A DNA stretch of 62,902 nucleotides from a virus. Lineage: Duplodnaviria > Caudoviricetes. The notes beneath the pieces were generated by a model. The model ran no database searches, had not been told where the DNA came from, and was given only the letters and a program-made list of their open reading frames with translations. How positions within the stretch are numbered: position 1 is the first letter of the stretch; each line of letters begins with the position of its first letter. This document shows, piece by piece, positions 29,399-39,162 of this stretch. Position numbers and translations under genes: made by a program. The stretch is from the IMG/VR virus record IMGVR_UViG_3300037245_001879, positions 1 to 62,902 of that record. One strand, written 5' to 3'.

Positions 29399-30061
29399 CT
29401 ATTTATTTAGTCTATAATCAACATCTTCAAACTCAATAATATTACAGGTTCCAACTATGCGAGAAGAAACCCTTGAATTATATCTACCTTCAATATCATC
29501 TTCATGTAGGTTTGAGGTATAGTGAGTAAGCAAATTATTACTATACCGATATTCGATAAGTTCAGAAAGAACATCAAGCTTATTGCCGAAGTAATTTGCT
29601 GTTTTAGGTTCTGCTCCAAGATCATCAATACATAAATTACCTATTAACTTAAATCTTGATAGCCCGTCATGGCCAGACTTCGAAAAAGCTTCTGAAATTT
29701 CCCTAGAATTAACTATTGCGAAAGAGAAAGGCAGATTCTTGCCATTTTTGAAATAGACAACTTTATCAATACCTATGTATCTATTCATCATATCTATAGT
29801 TTTGGATTTTCCAGAACCAGTTACGCCACATAAATAAATAGCCTTATTAAGCTCTCCTTTGAAACTTTCGTCCCCATGTATATACTTTATAAGTTGACGC
29901 CAAATAACTCCTATTTGGTCGCTTACAATCACTTTAGGAATGATTTCCTTGGCTATTTCATACCACACCTTTACAGAAACCTCGTCTTTGTAAGGCATAT
30001 ACTTGTGTCTAATTATTCCTAAAGGCTGCTTTATTGGTGTTATTTCGCTTAATTTTTGCAT
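29399..30061 (-). CDS. DnaC/IstB-like AAA+ helicase loader
   Basis: Walker A GVTGSGKS, Walker B LCIDDLGAE, THYTSNL, RYNSRVSSRI. Lies downstream of the initiator. Confidence 0.85.
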   Translation of the reverse strand: MQKLSEITPIKQPLGIIRHKYMPYKDEVSVKVWYEIAKEIIPKVIVSDQIGVIWRQLIKYIHGDESFKGELNKAIYLCGVTGSGKSKTIDMMNRYIGIDKVVYFKNGKNLPFSFAIVNSREISEAFSKSGHDGLSRFKLIGNLCIDDLGAEPKTANYFGNKLDVLSELIEYRYSNNLLTHYTSNLHEDDIEGRYNSRVSSRIVGTCNIIEFEDVDYRLNK

Positions 30062-30091
30062 GAGTTTTTTATTTTAATCATAAGATTTATA

Positions 30092-30481
30092 TTAAAATTT
30101 CTTACCTCCATACTTAAACCCTCTTGTATGATTATAATCCATTTTTGATTGAATATGTGTTTCAATATCAATATTTAATTTACCACATAAATCAAGTAGT
30201 CGAATAATTGAATCAGCCAGCTCATCTTCAAAAGTATCCTTCATTGTATATTTAAATACTTCTTTAAAATTTTCATCTAATTTATTACCAAACGCAATCC
30301 CTTCAATGTATTGTTCTATATCGGCATATTTATCATTTCTATATGCTTCGAATGCCTCTGAAACTTCCGAATGTATTAATGCAATTCTTAAAGGAATATC
30401 ATTATTATCAAAACCTGCTTTAACAACAAAATTATTAAATTGCTTACTTAATTTGTTTAATCCTTTTACATTGTATTTCAT
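30092..30481 (-). CDS. MazG-like nucleotide pyrophosphohydrolase
   Basis: IALIHSEVSEAFEA...EDELADSIIRLLDL...KMDYN. Confidence 0.85.
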   Translation of the reverse strand: MKYNVKGLNKLSKQFNNFVVKAGFDNNDIPLRIALIHSEVSEAFEAYRNDKYADIEQYIEGIAFGNKLDENFKEVFKYTMKDTFEDELADSIIRLLDLCGKLNIDIETHIQSKMDYNHTRGFKYGGKKF

Positions 30482-30485
30482 AATC

Positions 30486-31175
30486 TCAAATTTTTAATGC
30501 GTGTTTCCCTTTGGGCCTATTAATAAATTGTTCATTCAAAGTTTCCGGAGTATCGTCCTTTTCTTTTTTGATCTTGTTTAGGATGTGAGTTCGGTAATCT
30601 TTTCTGGTCCTGCAAATATCATCACAGACTTCAAATTCATCAAAACATTTATTTATAAACTCTAGAACTTTTTTTTGACTCTGTTTTGATTCTCGTTGTA
30701 ATTGTTCGATAAAAGAGAAAGCCTCTAGAGTTTCTTTTTTAATTTCTTGGAAATTTTTTAAGGATTTTCCTAATATATTATTTTCATTATTTTCATTATT
30801 TTCATTATTGGTAGTGGTTACTTGTTGGTTGCTCGTTGGTTGCTCGTTGGTTATTGGTTGGTTATTACCTTGATATTTATTCCAGTTAGTGATTGATACT
30901 AAGCTATATAAGTTGGTTGTTTTGATGGTTATTTCATTGGTTGATTTTAACTTATTTAAAGATGTTCTAATTTGCTGTTCGGAAAGCTTAGTTTCGAAAG
31001 ATAATTGTTTCCGACCGGTAAGTACTTGACCTTTAATTATTGTAATTCCTTTCCAATTCTTTTTCTTATGGTTAGCTTTAAGTAATAAATGAATAAACAA
31101 CTTCATAGTGTTATTATCATCGTACCATTCCCAATCTAAAAACCTTCTATGTAATGAAATCCACCCTTTAGCCAT
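30486..31175 (-). CDS. Phage replication initiator (wHTH N-terminus)
   Basis: GWISLHR..DWEWY..LFIHLLLKANH..KGQVLTGRKQL. Contains internal iterons and has a loader downstream. Confidence 0.85.
   Translation of the reverse strand: MAKGWISLHRRFLDWEWYDDNNTMKLFIHLLLKANHKKKNWKGITIIKGQVLTGRKQLSFETKLSEQQIRTSLNKLKSTNEITIKTTNLYSLVSITNWNKYQGNNQPITNEQPTSNQQVTTTNNENNENNENNILGKSLKNFQEIKKETLEAFSFIEQLQRESKQSQKKVLEFINKCFDEFEVCDDICRTRKDYRTHILNKIKKEKDDTPETLNEQFINRPKGKHALKI
30781..30947. repeat. Probable replication origin: iterons plus AT-rich repeats inside the initiator gene
   Basis: TTTTCATTA x3 (30781-30807), four tandem 11-mers GTTGGTTGCTC/GTTGGTTATT(G/A) (30824-30867), and three more TGGTT cores at 12-bp spacing (30912-30947). 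Confidence 0.75.
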
Positions 31176-31188
31176 ATTATTTAATTAA

Positions 31189-31803
31189 CTACTTAGTAAT
31201 TCGAGTTTCTTTTATTGATGTAGAGTAACTTGCTGTATATTCAACCTCAAGAGATAATTCACCTTCACAAACATGGCATTTTAAATCTTGAGTTTCGTGT
31301 ATATCGTCATTGCTTATTTCGGAACCACAATGAGGACATATTATTTCATCAGTACAAATGTGATCAGGTTCTTCGCCATCTAATTTCTCAAACGCTTCTC
31401 TTCTTATTTCTAAATCTTCGAATTCTTTACAAGAATTACAAGTCCATCCTCTCTTACCTCCCCATGCACTCCCTTTTATATCTTTTCTATTGGTTGCACA
31501 AACCCTACACCTATCATGTTCATCACATTCGATATAACTCATCCAATCTCTTTCTTTACCATTGCATTCAGCACAACTACTAATCCAATACCATTGCCCA
31601 TTAATCAGCTCAGCATACATAGCCTTGTTTTCATGCTCTAATGAAACATCACAATTATTTTTATCAATAAATGTTCTATCATCTTTATTTTTCTCTCGGA
31701 ATTGTTGAGTTCGGCTATTTCTAACCCTATCCATTGTAGGAGTTAACCTGTCATCGTTTATTAAAATTTTATCTATCATGGTTTCCTTATTTTTTAATTT
31801 CAT
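31189..31803 (-). CDS. Cys-rich multi-zinc-finger protein
   Basis: Five CxxC pairs. The true start may be 31779. Confidence 0.6.
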   Translation of the reverse strand: MKLKNKETMIDKILINDDRLTPTMDRVRNSRTQQFREKNKDDRTFIDKNNCDVSLEHENKAMYAELINGQWYWISSCAECNGKERDWMSYIECDEHDRCRVCATNRKDIKGSAWGGKRGWTCNSCKEFEDLEIRREAFEKLDGEEPDHICTDEIICPHCGSEISNDDIHETQDLKCHVCEGELSLEVEYTASYSTSIKETRITK

Positions 31804-32062
31804 TCAAGCATTTATCTCCCCAGGCTAATATAAGATCGATGAAATCTTTAGCTTTATAAACATAATTATCAATAATCCAACTACCGTTATCATCAATCTC
31901 TATTTTTACGCCATGTTCTCTATAAGCCCACAATAATACTTGCGTTCTTTTTTCGTTAGGATTTTTGTAATCATCGCAGAAATTAGCGTTAATGGATACC
32001 TTATAGTTTTTTATACTACAGAATTCTTCTTTGGAGTTTTCGCAGTTTTTACAGAATTTCAT
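31787..32062 (-). CDS. Hypothetical Cys-containing protein
   Basis: ORF track; tightly packed operon. Confidence 0.55.
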   Translation of the reverse strand: MKFCKNCENSKEEFCSIKNYKVSINANFCDDYKNPNEKRTQVLLWAYREHGVKIEIDDNGSWIIDNYVYKAKDFIDLILAWGDKCLNEIKK

Positions 32063-32073
32063 GGTTATTTAAT

Positions 32074-32280
32074 TTAATGTTCATCATAATACTTTAACCC
32101 AGCCTCAGAACAAACAACTACTATCTTAGTTCTGAAACTACATTTTGAACATTTAACCGTGTCTCCATCATAAAAATACTGTTCAAATTCAGTATCTTTA
32201 TCTTGATTTTCTGAATGCACAATTAGGTTTGAATTACATTTTGGGCAATTATCACCCTCGAATCTTTTCCATTTTTTCAT
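32074..32280 (-). CDS. Small zinc-ribbon protein
   Basis: CPKC...CSKC. Confidence 0.55.
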   Translation of the reverse strand: MKKWKRFEGDNCPKCNSNLIVHSENQDKDTEFEQYFYDGDTVKCSKCSFRTKIVVVCSEAGLKYYDEH

Positions 32281-32282
32281 AT

Positions 32283-32600
32283 CTAATAAAATGATTGATT
32301 TATTATATCGTTTGAAAGTAGAATCACTAATCTTCCACTATAACTTATATGCTCCCATTTAAAAGTTGGCACACATAAACTAGATTTAGTTTTTATTAAT
32401 CTACCGTTTGGTAATGTTTGCTTATAGAAATATAATATATCTGCTTTACCACCTGGAAGATTTCTTATTTCTCTAACCTCTAATTTGGTAGCAAAATTAT
32501 CGCAGAAATACGGTTCACCCTCTGGTAAACAAATACAATCATATAGCTTGCAGTGCAAACAATAAACTTTACCGGTTTCTTTGTTGGTTACAAGCTTCAT
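32283..32600 (-). CDS. Hypothetical protein
   Basis: ORF track; operonic. Confidence 0.5.
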   Translation of the reverse strand: MKLVTNKETGKVYCLHCKLYDCICLPEGEPYFCDNFATKLEVREIRNLPGGKADILYFYKQTLPNGRLIKTKSSLCVPTFKWEHISYSGRLVILLSNDIINQSFY

Positions 32601-32602
32601 GA

Positions 32603-32776
32603 CTAAAGGGCCATTATAATATTAATCTCTTTACCGGACCAATTACCTTTATTAACCCTGTGGTAAAATGTGGTATATGTCATTCCCAACATACCAGCTA
32701 ATTCTATTTTCTTGTAGAATTTATTATCCACTAATTCAGTAACCCTCAGACTTGCTTTTACTCTCAATTCTTCCAT
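32603..32776 (-). CDS. Small Cro-like HTH regulator (57 aa)
   Basis: Translated by eye: MEELRVKASLRVTELVDNKFYKKIELAGMLGMTYTTFYHRVNKGNWS... First gene after the leftward promoter. Confidence 0.65.
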   Translation of the reverse strand: MEELRVKASLRVTELVDNKFYKKIELAGMLGMTYTTFYHRVNKGNWSGKEINIIMAL

Positions 32777-32807
32777 AATACAATAATATTTGTGTCTAAT
32801 TTTGACT

Positions 32808-32839
32808 CAAAGATATAACAAGTAAAATTAAGAAGCAAA
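32808..32839 (-). promoter_or_regulatory. Bacteroidota sigma-A promoter (leftward)
   Basis: TTTG (32839-32836), 20-nt spacer, TATCTTTG (32815-32808): matches the -33/-7 consensus. Confidence 0.8.
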
Positions 32840-32859
32840 TAAAAAAACATTAAAAAAAC

Positions 32860-32891
32860 ATTGCTTATGTCAAAAAAGGGGTTTATATTTG
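32860..32891 (+). promoter_or_regulatory. Bacteroidota sigma-A promoter (rightward)
   Basis: ATTG (32860-32863), 20-nt spacer, TATATTTG (32884-32891), about 22 nt before ATG 32914. Confidence 0.75.
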
Positions 32892-32913
32892 TTGAGAACT
32901 TAAAAACGAACCA

Positions 32914-33141
32914 ATGAACGATTTATCAACTAAACTACATATTTACGGCATGGAGCACGGATACTGGAAAGATTATTCAGAATTTTTTACCAGGTCCAAG
33001 CATGATAGAGAAATGGTTGCTGGTATTATGGCTGAGGAAATTATCGGAATTCATCCAGTAGAAAACACTATGCTTAGTATATCTGAATTAGAAGACTTTG
33101 CAGAGGCTAAAAGAAACGAGTATATAAACCTTAATAACTAA
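32914..33141 (+). CDS. Hypothetical early protein
   Basis: First ORF after the rightward promoter. Confidence 0.6.
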   Translation: MNDLSTKLHIYGMEHGYWKDYSEFFTRSKHDREMVAGIMAEEIIGIHPVENTMLSISELEDFAEAKRNEYINLNN

Positions 33142-33144
33142 GCC

Positions 33145-33357
33145 ATGAAAAAGGAATTTATTGATTATATGTATGAGTTGAAATCATTGATACAAAGTGA
33201 TATTGATAGGCTTGTTGATCGTAGTGACTTGGTTCAAGTTAAATGTTGTGAAAACATGCCTAATCAAAACGAAGACCAAGCTGAGTTAAGGACTAGGAGA
33301 AGCCAGATTGGGAGCTTAAACGAAACCATCCAAAAGTATTTTGATACACATTACTAA
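33145..33357 (+). CDS. Hypothetical early protein
   Basis: ORF track; operonic. Confidence 0.55.
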   Translation: MKKEFIDYMYELKSLIQSDIDRLVDRSDLVQVKCCENMPNQNEDQAELRTRRSQIGSLNETIQKYFDTHY

Positions 33358-33484
33358 GCCATGAAAACTAAAGACATCAAAGAGATAGACGTTTACGACA
33401 CTAAATATTTAATTATAAATGAGTGTAGTATTCAAACGTTCGACAAATTAAATAAATCTATAAACAAAATAATACTTAATTGAT

Positions 33485-34198
33485 ATGGGAAACAAATTGT
33501 CGGAAATCAAAGAAACTGGACTAAATGTATTCAGTAGTGCTGAAAACTTCGAACTCGCGCAAAGGATTGCAAAATCTCTTTCAGCTAGTACTTTGGTGCC
33601 TAAAGAGTACCAAAATAATATACCAAATACAATGATTGCTTTGGAAATGGCTTCAAGAATTGGTGCAAGCCCTTTAATGGTGATGCAGCATCTTTATATT
33701 GTCCATGGTAAACCATCATGGAGTAGTTCTTTCCTTATTTCTGCTATTAATACTAGTGGAAAGTTTGAGCCGCTTAGATTCGACATTAAGAAAGGCGAAA
33801 GAAAGAAGTTTACATACACAATTTACACAGGATTTGGTCAAAACAGAAAACCTGTTCAAAAATCTATTGAATTAAATGATTTAAGATGCATTGCTTGGAC
33901 AAAAGACAAGAATGGTAGTAAACTTGAGTCTCCTGAAGTTACAATTGAAATGGCATTAGTTGAAGGTTGGTATGATAAAGAAGGTTCAAAGTGGAAGACT
34001 ATGCCTGAGTTAATGATTCGATACAGATCAGCCGCTTTCTTTTCACGCCTATATTGTCCTGAAATCACAATGGGTATGCAGACTGCTGAAGAGGTAGTTG
34101 ATGTTATTTATGAAGAGATAAAAGAAACACCGGATGAAAAGAAGCAGAGAATGAGGGATAATAAAGGTGGTAATCAAACTAAAATGGAGATGCCATAA
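33485..34198 (+). CDS. RecT/Bet-family ssDNA annealing recombinase
   Basis: LVPKEYQ..IALEMA.RIG.SPLMVMQ.LYIVHGKP and SKWKTMPELMIRYRSA..F.R..PE..MG. Confidence 0.8.
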   Translation: MGNKLSEIKETGLNVFSSAENFELAQRIAKSLSASTLVPKEYQNNIPNTMIALEMASRIGASPLMVMQHLYIVHGKPSWSSSFLISAINTSGKFEPLRFDIKKGERKKFTYTIYTGFGQNRKPVQKSIELNDLRCIAWTKDKNGSKLESPEVTIEMALVEGWYDKEGSKWKTMPELMIRYRSAAFFSRLYCPEITMGMQTAEEVVDVIYEEIKETPDEKKQRMRDNKGGNQTKMEMP

Positions 34199-34725
34199 TG
34201 ACTGAGATTTGGAAAGATATACCAGGTTACGATGGATTGTATCAGATTAGTAATTTCGGCAGAGTTAAATCATTAGATAGAGTGACAAAAAGATCAGACG
34301 GTAAAGTTAAGTCTTTTCGAGAAAGAATTTTAAAACCAGGTACTAATAAACAGGGTTATCTAACAGTTGCGTTATCTAAGTATGGGAAGCCGAAAACAAA
34401 GCAAGTTCATCAACTCGTGGCCATAGCTTTTCTTAATCACAAACCTAATGGTCATACTTTAGTTGTTAATCATATAAATTTCAACAAAACTGACAATCGG
34501 CTTGAAAATTTAGAAATTGTTACTACCAGAGAAAACTCAAATAAAAAGCATTTAAACAGCAAAAGCAAATATACTGGTGTCTATTGGCATAAACCATCCA
34601 AAAAATGGTATACTCAAATTACTATTAATGGTAAATTAAAGCACTTAGGTTTTTATAATAACGAACATATCGCAGGAGTAAGATTCCAGCTTGAATTAGC
34701 TAAAATTAAACAAAATCAATCATGA
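34198..34725 (+). CDS. NUMOD4-HNH-AP2 homing endonuclease
   Basis: EIWKDIPGYDGLYQISNFGRVKS, VHQLVA.AF, VNHINFNKTDNRLENLE, and an AP2-like YTGVYW..W..QI..HLG. Confidence 0.92.
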   Translation: MTEIWKDIPGYDGLYQISNFGRVKSLDRVTKRSDGKVKSFRERILKPGTNKQGYLTVALSKYGKPKTKQVHQLVAIAFLNHKPNGHTLVVNHINFNKTDNRLENLEIVTTRENSNKKHLNSKSKYTGVYWHKPSKKWYTQITINGKLKHLGFYNNEHIAGVRFQLELAKIKQNQS

Positions 34726-36797
34726 GTAAATATGAGCAGTACACTAACGAACAACTAGAGGAATTATTCTCTAACTACCTTATGGACTCATGGAGTTTTT
34801 CAAAAGTTTCAACATTTGCAAGGAATGAGAAAGCTTTTGAAATGAGTTACATTTATAATTATTTCTACAAGTCTTCTGCTGCTTCTATTGCCGGAAATGC
34901 TTACCATAATGGATTAAAAAAGCGTTTTGTAGCTTTAATGGATGGAGAGATGTTAGATATCATTGATATTGAAAAAACAGCTTTTGAGTACATCCAAGAA
35001 AGACCAGCTAACAAGTGGAAAATACAGAAGACAACTCCAACGGTAGAGGAATGTATTATAAAAGCCACAAAGACCTCATCGGCGCTTATTAAAAACTTTT
35101 TCAAGGAAGAGTCTGTTTATACCTCCGATATTAAGGAGATACTAGCCGTTGAAAAGTATATCGATGTATGGTTAACGATTAATGGTGTTGATATACCATT
35201 ACCTTGCCATTTGCAGATTGATTTAGTTTTTGAAACAAATGATGGTCGAATAATTGTAGTAGATCATAAATCAAAAGATAAATTCACTGACGAAAAAGCA
35301 TCATCCTTGGTAATAGGTAAGCAAGCTATTACCTATGCTAAAGGCTACGAGAAAGCATCAGGGATTAAAGTTGATGAGGTTTGGTTCATTGAAAATAAGT
35401 ATTCCGCTAATCGAGATAAATCAAGTCAATTAAAACCAATTAAGGTAATTCTTGATGAGGACACAAGAAAGCTTTATGAAGCTATTTTATACGAGCCATT
35501 AAAAAGAATGATTGAGGCTATATCTGATCCAGATTATGTTTTCCTTATAAATGATAACGATACCTTCGTTGATTTAGCTGAGATATACAACTTTTGGGCC
35601 AAGACAATGATTGCTGAGGTTTATGAATTTGACATAAAGGAGAGTAAAAGGGATCTAATAGAAAAACGCCTTAAAAAAATTAGGAATGCTGCAATTGCCG
35701 GGATAAACCCAAAGGTAATATCCGACTTCAAAAAAAATGCAGCAAAATTTATCACATACGATTTTAATAATAAAAATATGACTAAAGCAGAAAAAATCGA
35801 GCACGTATTAAACACATTTGGAATATCAGTACAAGTAGAGCACGAATTTAAAGGTTATTCATCCGACACTTTTCTTTTGGAAGTTGGTATTGGAACCAAG
35901 ATAATAAATGTTATTTCCCGAAAGATGGATATTGCTAACGCCCTGGATGTGGTAAGTGTGAGAATTAAGGACAACCTTTTTGTTTATGAAGGTAAATCTT
36001 ATGTGTCTATTGAGATAGCAAAAAAACGTGAAAAGAGTCTGTTTTATGATGAGAAACATCTTTCGGAAATGAAAATACCAATTGGTATAGATAACTTCGG
36101 AAAAACTATTGTATGGGATTTAGACAACCATTCCACACCCCATATGTTAATTGGTGGATCAACAGGTTCAGGAAAGACAGTTTCTTTGATTTCAACTATT
36201 GCTTATGCTCAAAAAGCTGGCTTACAAGATGTGTTTATCTTTGACCCTAAATTTGAATTCCAATCATTAAACATACCAGGTGCTGATATTTATAGCGACA
36301 TTGAGGACATAGAGACAACAATGGAATTACTTGTTGAGGATATGCAGGAAAGAGTTAAGTCAGGCCAGAACCACATAACCCTTGTTGTGTTCGATGAGTT
36401 TGCAGATGCTGTTGCTAATTCAAAGCGAGGTAACGCATTGAAGATATACGAAGAAGAAGTTATTGGTAATTACGCAAATGGAATGGCTAAAACTAAAAGG
36501 GTTTGCACTGGACAGAAAAAGTCTTTGGAGGAAAATTTAAAAATATTACTTCAGAAGGGTAGATCTGTTGGTTTTAGGATTATTGCAGCAACCCAACGTG
36601 CTAGTGTGAAGGTAATAACCGGTGATGCAAAAGCAAATTTCGGAACAATAGTTTCCTTTAGATTACCTAAAGCTGTAGATTCGAAAGTGATGTTAGATGA
36701 AGAGGGTGCTGAAGCGTTAACAGGTTACGGTGATGGACTTATTAAATCATCAGAATATATGGATGTAGTAAGATTTCAGGGGTTTTATAAATCATAA
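34722..36797 (+). CDS. PD-(D/E)xK nuclease fused to an FtsK/SpoIIIE alpha-beta motor
   Basis: N-terminal SFSKV..GNAYH..E..IDL..VDHKS..Q..Y. C-terminal PHMLIGGSTGSGKT, VVFDEFAD, QKGRSVG..AATQR, GAEALTGYGDGL. Confidence 0.88.
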   Translation: MSKYEQYTNEQLEELFSNYLMDSWSFSKVSTFARNEKAFEMSYIYNYFYKSSAASIAGNAYHNGLKKRFVALMDGEMLDIIDIEKTAFEYIQERPANKWKIQKTTPTVEECIIKATKTSSALIKNFFKEESVYTSDIKEILAVEKYIDVWLTINGVDIPLPCHLQIDLVFETNDGRIIVVDHKSKDKFTDEKASSLVIGKQAITYAKGYEKASGIKVDEVWFIENKYSANRDKSSQLKPIKVILDEDTRKLYEAILYEPLKRMIEAISDPDYVFLINDNDTFVDLAEIYNFWAKTMIAEVYEFDIKESKRDLIEKRLKKIRNAAIAGINPKVISDFKKNAAKFITYDFNNKNMTKAEKIEHVLNTFGISVQVEHEFKGYSSDTFLLEVGIGTKIINVISRKMDIANALDVVSVRIKDNLFVYEGKSYVSIEIAKKREKSLFYDEKHLSEMKIPIGIDNFGKTIVWDLDNHSTPHMLIGGSTGSGKTVSLISTIAYAQKAGLQDVFIFDPKFEFQSLNIPGADIYSDIEDIETTMELLVEDMQERVKSGQNHITLVVFDEFADAVANSKRGNALKIYEEEVIGNYANGMAKTKRVCTGQKKSLEENLKILLQKGRSVGFRIIAATQRASVKVITGDAKANFGTIVSFRLPKAVDSKVMLDEEGAEALTGYGDGLIKSSEYMDVVRFQGFYKS

Positions 36798-36972
36798 TTA
36801 TGACTCCAAAAGCACTACTAACCCAAGAACTTAATTCGTATAAAAAGGCTTTAAAGAAGTCTAGATTAAGTGTGTTTACTCAAAAGATAAGTTATAAAAC
36901 ACATAAAAATCATTATAACAATTTAATGCCATTAATAAAGCAGTATAAGGAAGTAATTAGAAAACTATAATT

Positions 36973-37491
36973 ATGAAATCGGAAAAAAATGAAAAATCAA
37001 GAGCGTATACATTTATTGAATATGCTTGGGAAAATGAAAAAACTGATTCTTATTTAAGACTAAATACCTTAATGTTTGATGTATTGAATCTTGCAATTGA
37101 TGCTAATATGGAATTTCATGAAAGTGATATTTTAACAATCGCAAATAAAATGCGTGGTGGATATTGGTTTGGATGTAATTCAAATGGAAAAGGAATTGGG
37201 GAGTCTTTTTATTCCAGGGCGATAGATTCAAGAAATGTATCAGCAATTAAAAGCTATGAAGCTTTTACTGAGTTAAAACCATTTATTTTAAACAATAACA
37301 GGATACATAGCCGGAGTAAATTAAGAGGTGGTGAGTATCGATATTCTGTTACTGGCTTTGACTTTGACAAAAAGAAAGTACATATAGTTGCCTATGATAT
37401 TGGAGATTGGGAACAAGAAGGGAAAAGAAAATTATTAAATTTCAATAATAAAGAATGGTTAGTCTTCAGAAAGAATGTATCTTTTTTTTAA
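36973..37491 (+). CDS. Hypothetical protein
   Basis: 172-aa ORF. Confidence 0.6.
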   Translation: MKSEKNEKSRAYTFIEYAWENEKTDSYLRLNTLMFDVLNLAIDANMEFHESDILTIANKMRGGYWFGCNSNGKGIGESFYSRAIDSRNVSAIKSYEAFTELKPFILNNNRIHSRSKLRGGEYRYSVTGFDFDKKKVHIVAYDIGDWEQEGKRKLLNFNNKEWLVFRKNVSFF

Positions 37492-37672
37492 AGGGTAACA
37501 AAAAACTAAAACTTAAATAAATGCACGAAATAGCAAAGTATTTTGACGACCACTTCGAAGGGATAGTGGCTAATAATTTAACAAAAGAAGACCTGATCAT
37601 AAAGCTAGTTTATTGAATACAGGAACAGCTTATGTTAAATATAGAGTGCGTAAGCAAAAAGTTGATTAGAAC

Positions 37673-37969
37673 ATGAAAAACAAACCACTAACAGAAACTC
37701 AAAAAAGGCTAATAAGTAGACTAATGCTCTGGCTGATAATTTTAGTTACAATTATAATTGTACTACTAACATCTTGTGCAGCACCTCAAGACTTATTCAA
37801 ACCAAATCCTAACGACCATAAAGTTGTTTGGTGTACCCAGGACTATGTTTATTTTTTGAATTTCTACGACAACACGAAGTTGGATTCTATTATTAATTAC
37901 GGATCTGAGCTTATATTTGTAGGTGATGTAATGTTTTGCGAATTTAGAACTTTAGGAGGGTTAAGATAA
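37673..37969 (+). CDS. Putative lipoprotein
   Basis: Hydrophobic stretch ending in lipobox LLTS|C. Confidence 0.6.
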   Translation: MKNKPLTETQKRLISRLMLWLIILVTIIIVLLTSCAAPQDLFKPNPNDHKVVWCTQDYVYFLNFYDNTKLDSIINYGSELIFVGDVMFCEFRTLGGLR

Positions 37970-38218
37970 TGGAAACGGTCTACACACCTGAAATATGGAT
38001 AACACTATTAACTCCAATTATTATAATACTGATACTTATGTTTATTAAACAACCTAAAACAAAAGAAGCTGAAGAACAGCAAGAGAACATTGATTGTGAT
38101 GCAGTTTACAATCAGCTTGTCGAGAGTGATCAAAACATTTTTATGTAAAAAACCAAGTAAAAGAAAAAAGGAAAGGGGAAAACTTTTTAGAGTACCCAAT
38201 ATTTTAAATTAAACTAAG

Positions 38219-38593
38219 ATGAAAAAATTAATGATTTTATCAGTGGCTTTAATAGCCTTAATTATGACTAGTTGTACCGATGCTGATGTAGCTTCGCAGA
38301 ATTTACGTAAAGCAGCAGAACAGTTTGAAGTATTCCGAAGAGTAGTATTCTATAATGGTATAACTGACTCTTATATATTGTCAGTTGAAGGTTACTGTTC
38401 AATAGAAGATTACGCCGGACAATTGGAGGTAACCATTAAAACTAGTGAAGGAACGTATCTTAAACATCATTTAGGACTTTCTGATAATGTTACATATTTT
38501 TCAGAGCAGATAGACCCAAAAAATGTTTCTACAGGACGTTACAGAGTTATATTTAAACCTTCTGTAATAATTCCAAATGTAGATATAGAGTAA
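38219..38593 (+). CDS. Phage lipoprotein (beta-sandwich type)
   Basis: MKKLMILSVALIALIMTS|C lipobox; ADVASQNL..RRVVFYNGIT..GLSDNVTYF is a widespread phage family pattern. Confidence 0.75.
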   Translation: MKKLMILSVALIALIMTSCTDADVASQNLRKAAEQFEVFRRVVFYNGITDSYILSVEGYCSIEDYAGQLEVTIKTSEGTYLKHHLGLSDNVTYFSEQIDPKNVSTGRYRVIFKPSVIIPNVDIE

Positions 38594-38612
38594 AACAAAC
38601 ACGCATATTGCG

Positions 38613-38641
38613 CCCCGGCTCTGAAACAAGGCCGGGGTTTT
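38613..38641 (+). terminator. Rho-independent terminator
   Basis: CCCCGGC...GCCGGGG-TTTT. Confidence 0.7.
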
Positions 38642-38663
38642 CGGGTGAAAATGATTATATAAT

Positions 38664-38885
38664 ATGACATACAATAAACGTAATATTAAGCCATTTAAAG
38701 GACGACTGATTGAAATAGAGTTTATACCTAAAATTAAAGGAGCAATATATCCGCATAAGCTTACTGGTGAAATTACAGCTAATACAGACGAACATATACT
38801 ATTCAGGGTAAATAAAACTAGACCTGAAATACCTTTAAACTATTCTCAGATTAAAAATATATCTGATCCGGAATTGGTTTACTAG
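38664..38885 (+). CDS. Hypothetical (small beta-barrel-like) protein
   Basis: ORF track. Confidence 0.5.
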   Translation: MTYNKRNIKPFKGRLIEIEFIPKIKGAIYPHKLTGEITANTDEHILFRVNKTRPEIPLNYSQIKNISDPELVY

Positions 38886-38908
38886 AATAAAACGAAAAAT
38901 GTATAGAG

Positions 38909-39160
38909 ATGAATTTATATAAATTTGTAGATAAAGCCAATTCTAAATGGAATGACTTTATAATATCGAAAGGGTGTCATCCTACTGCCTTAATAATTAA
39001 TTCGGTTGATAAATACAAAATATCTAAGTATTTGAAAAATAGCCTTAATATTGGTTATAATTCAAAATCTAAATTACTAACGCTATTTGGCTGTAAAATA
39101 TTCAGTTCTCTAGATATTGAGCAGGGCGAAATAATATTTTTATCAATTGAAAATTTATAA
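38909..39160 (+). CDS. Hypothetical protein
   Basis: ORF track. Confidence 0.5.
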   Translation: MNLYKFVDKANSKWNDFIISKGCHPTALIINSVDKYKISKYLKNSLNIGYNSKSKLLTLFGCKIFSSLDIEQGEIIFLSIENL

Positions 39161-39162
39161 TT

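Noticed and set aside
30781-30947. CRISPR-like array
   Set aside because: The units are 9-12 bp, contiguous, lack spacers and lie in the initiator CDS, so they are iterons.
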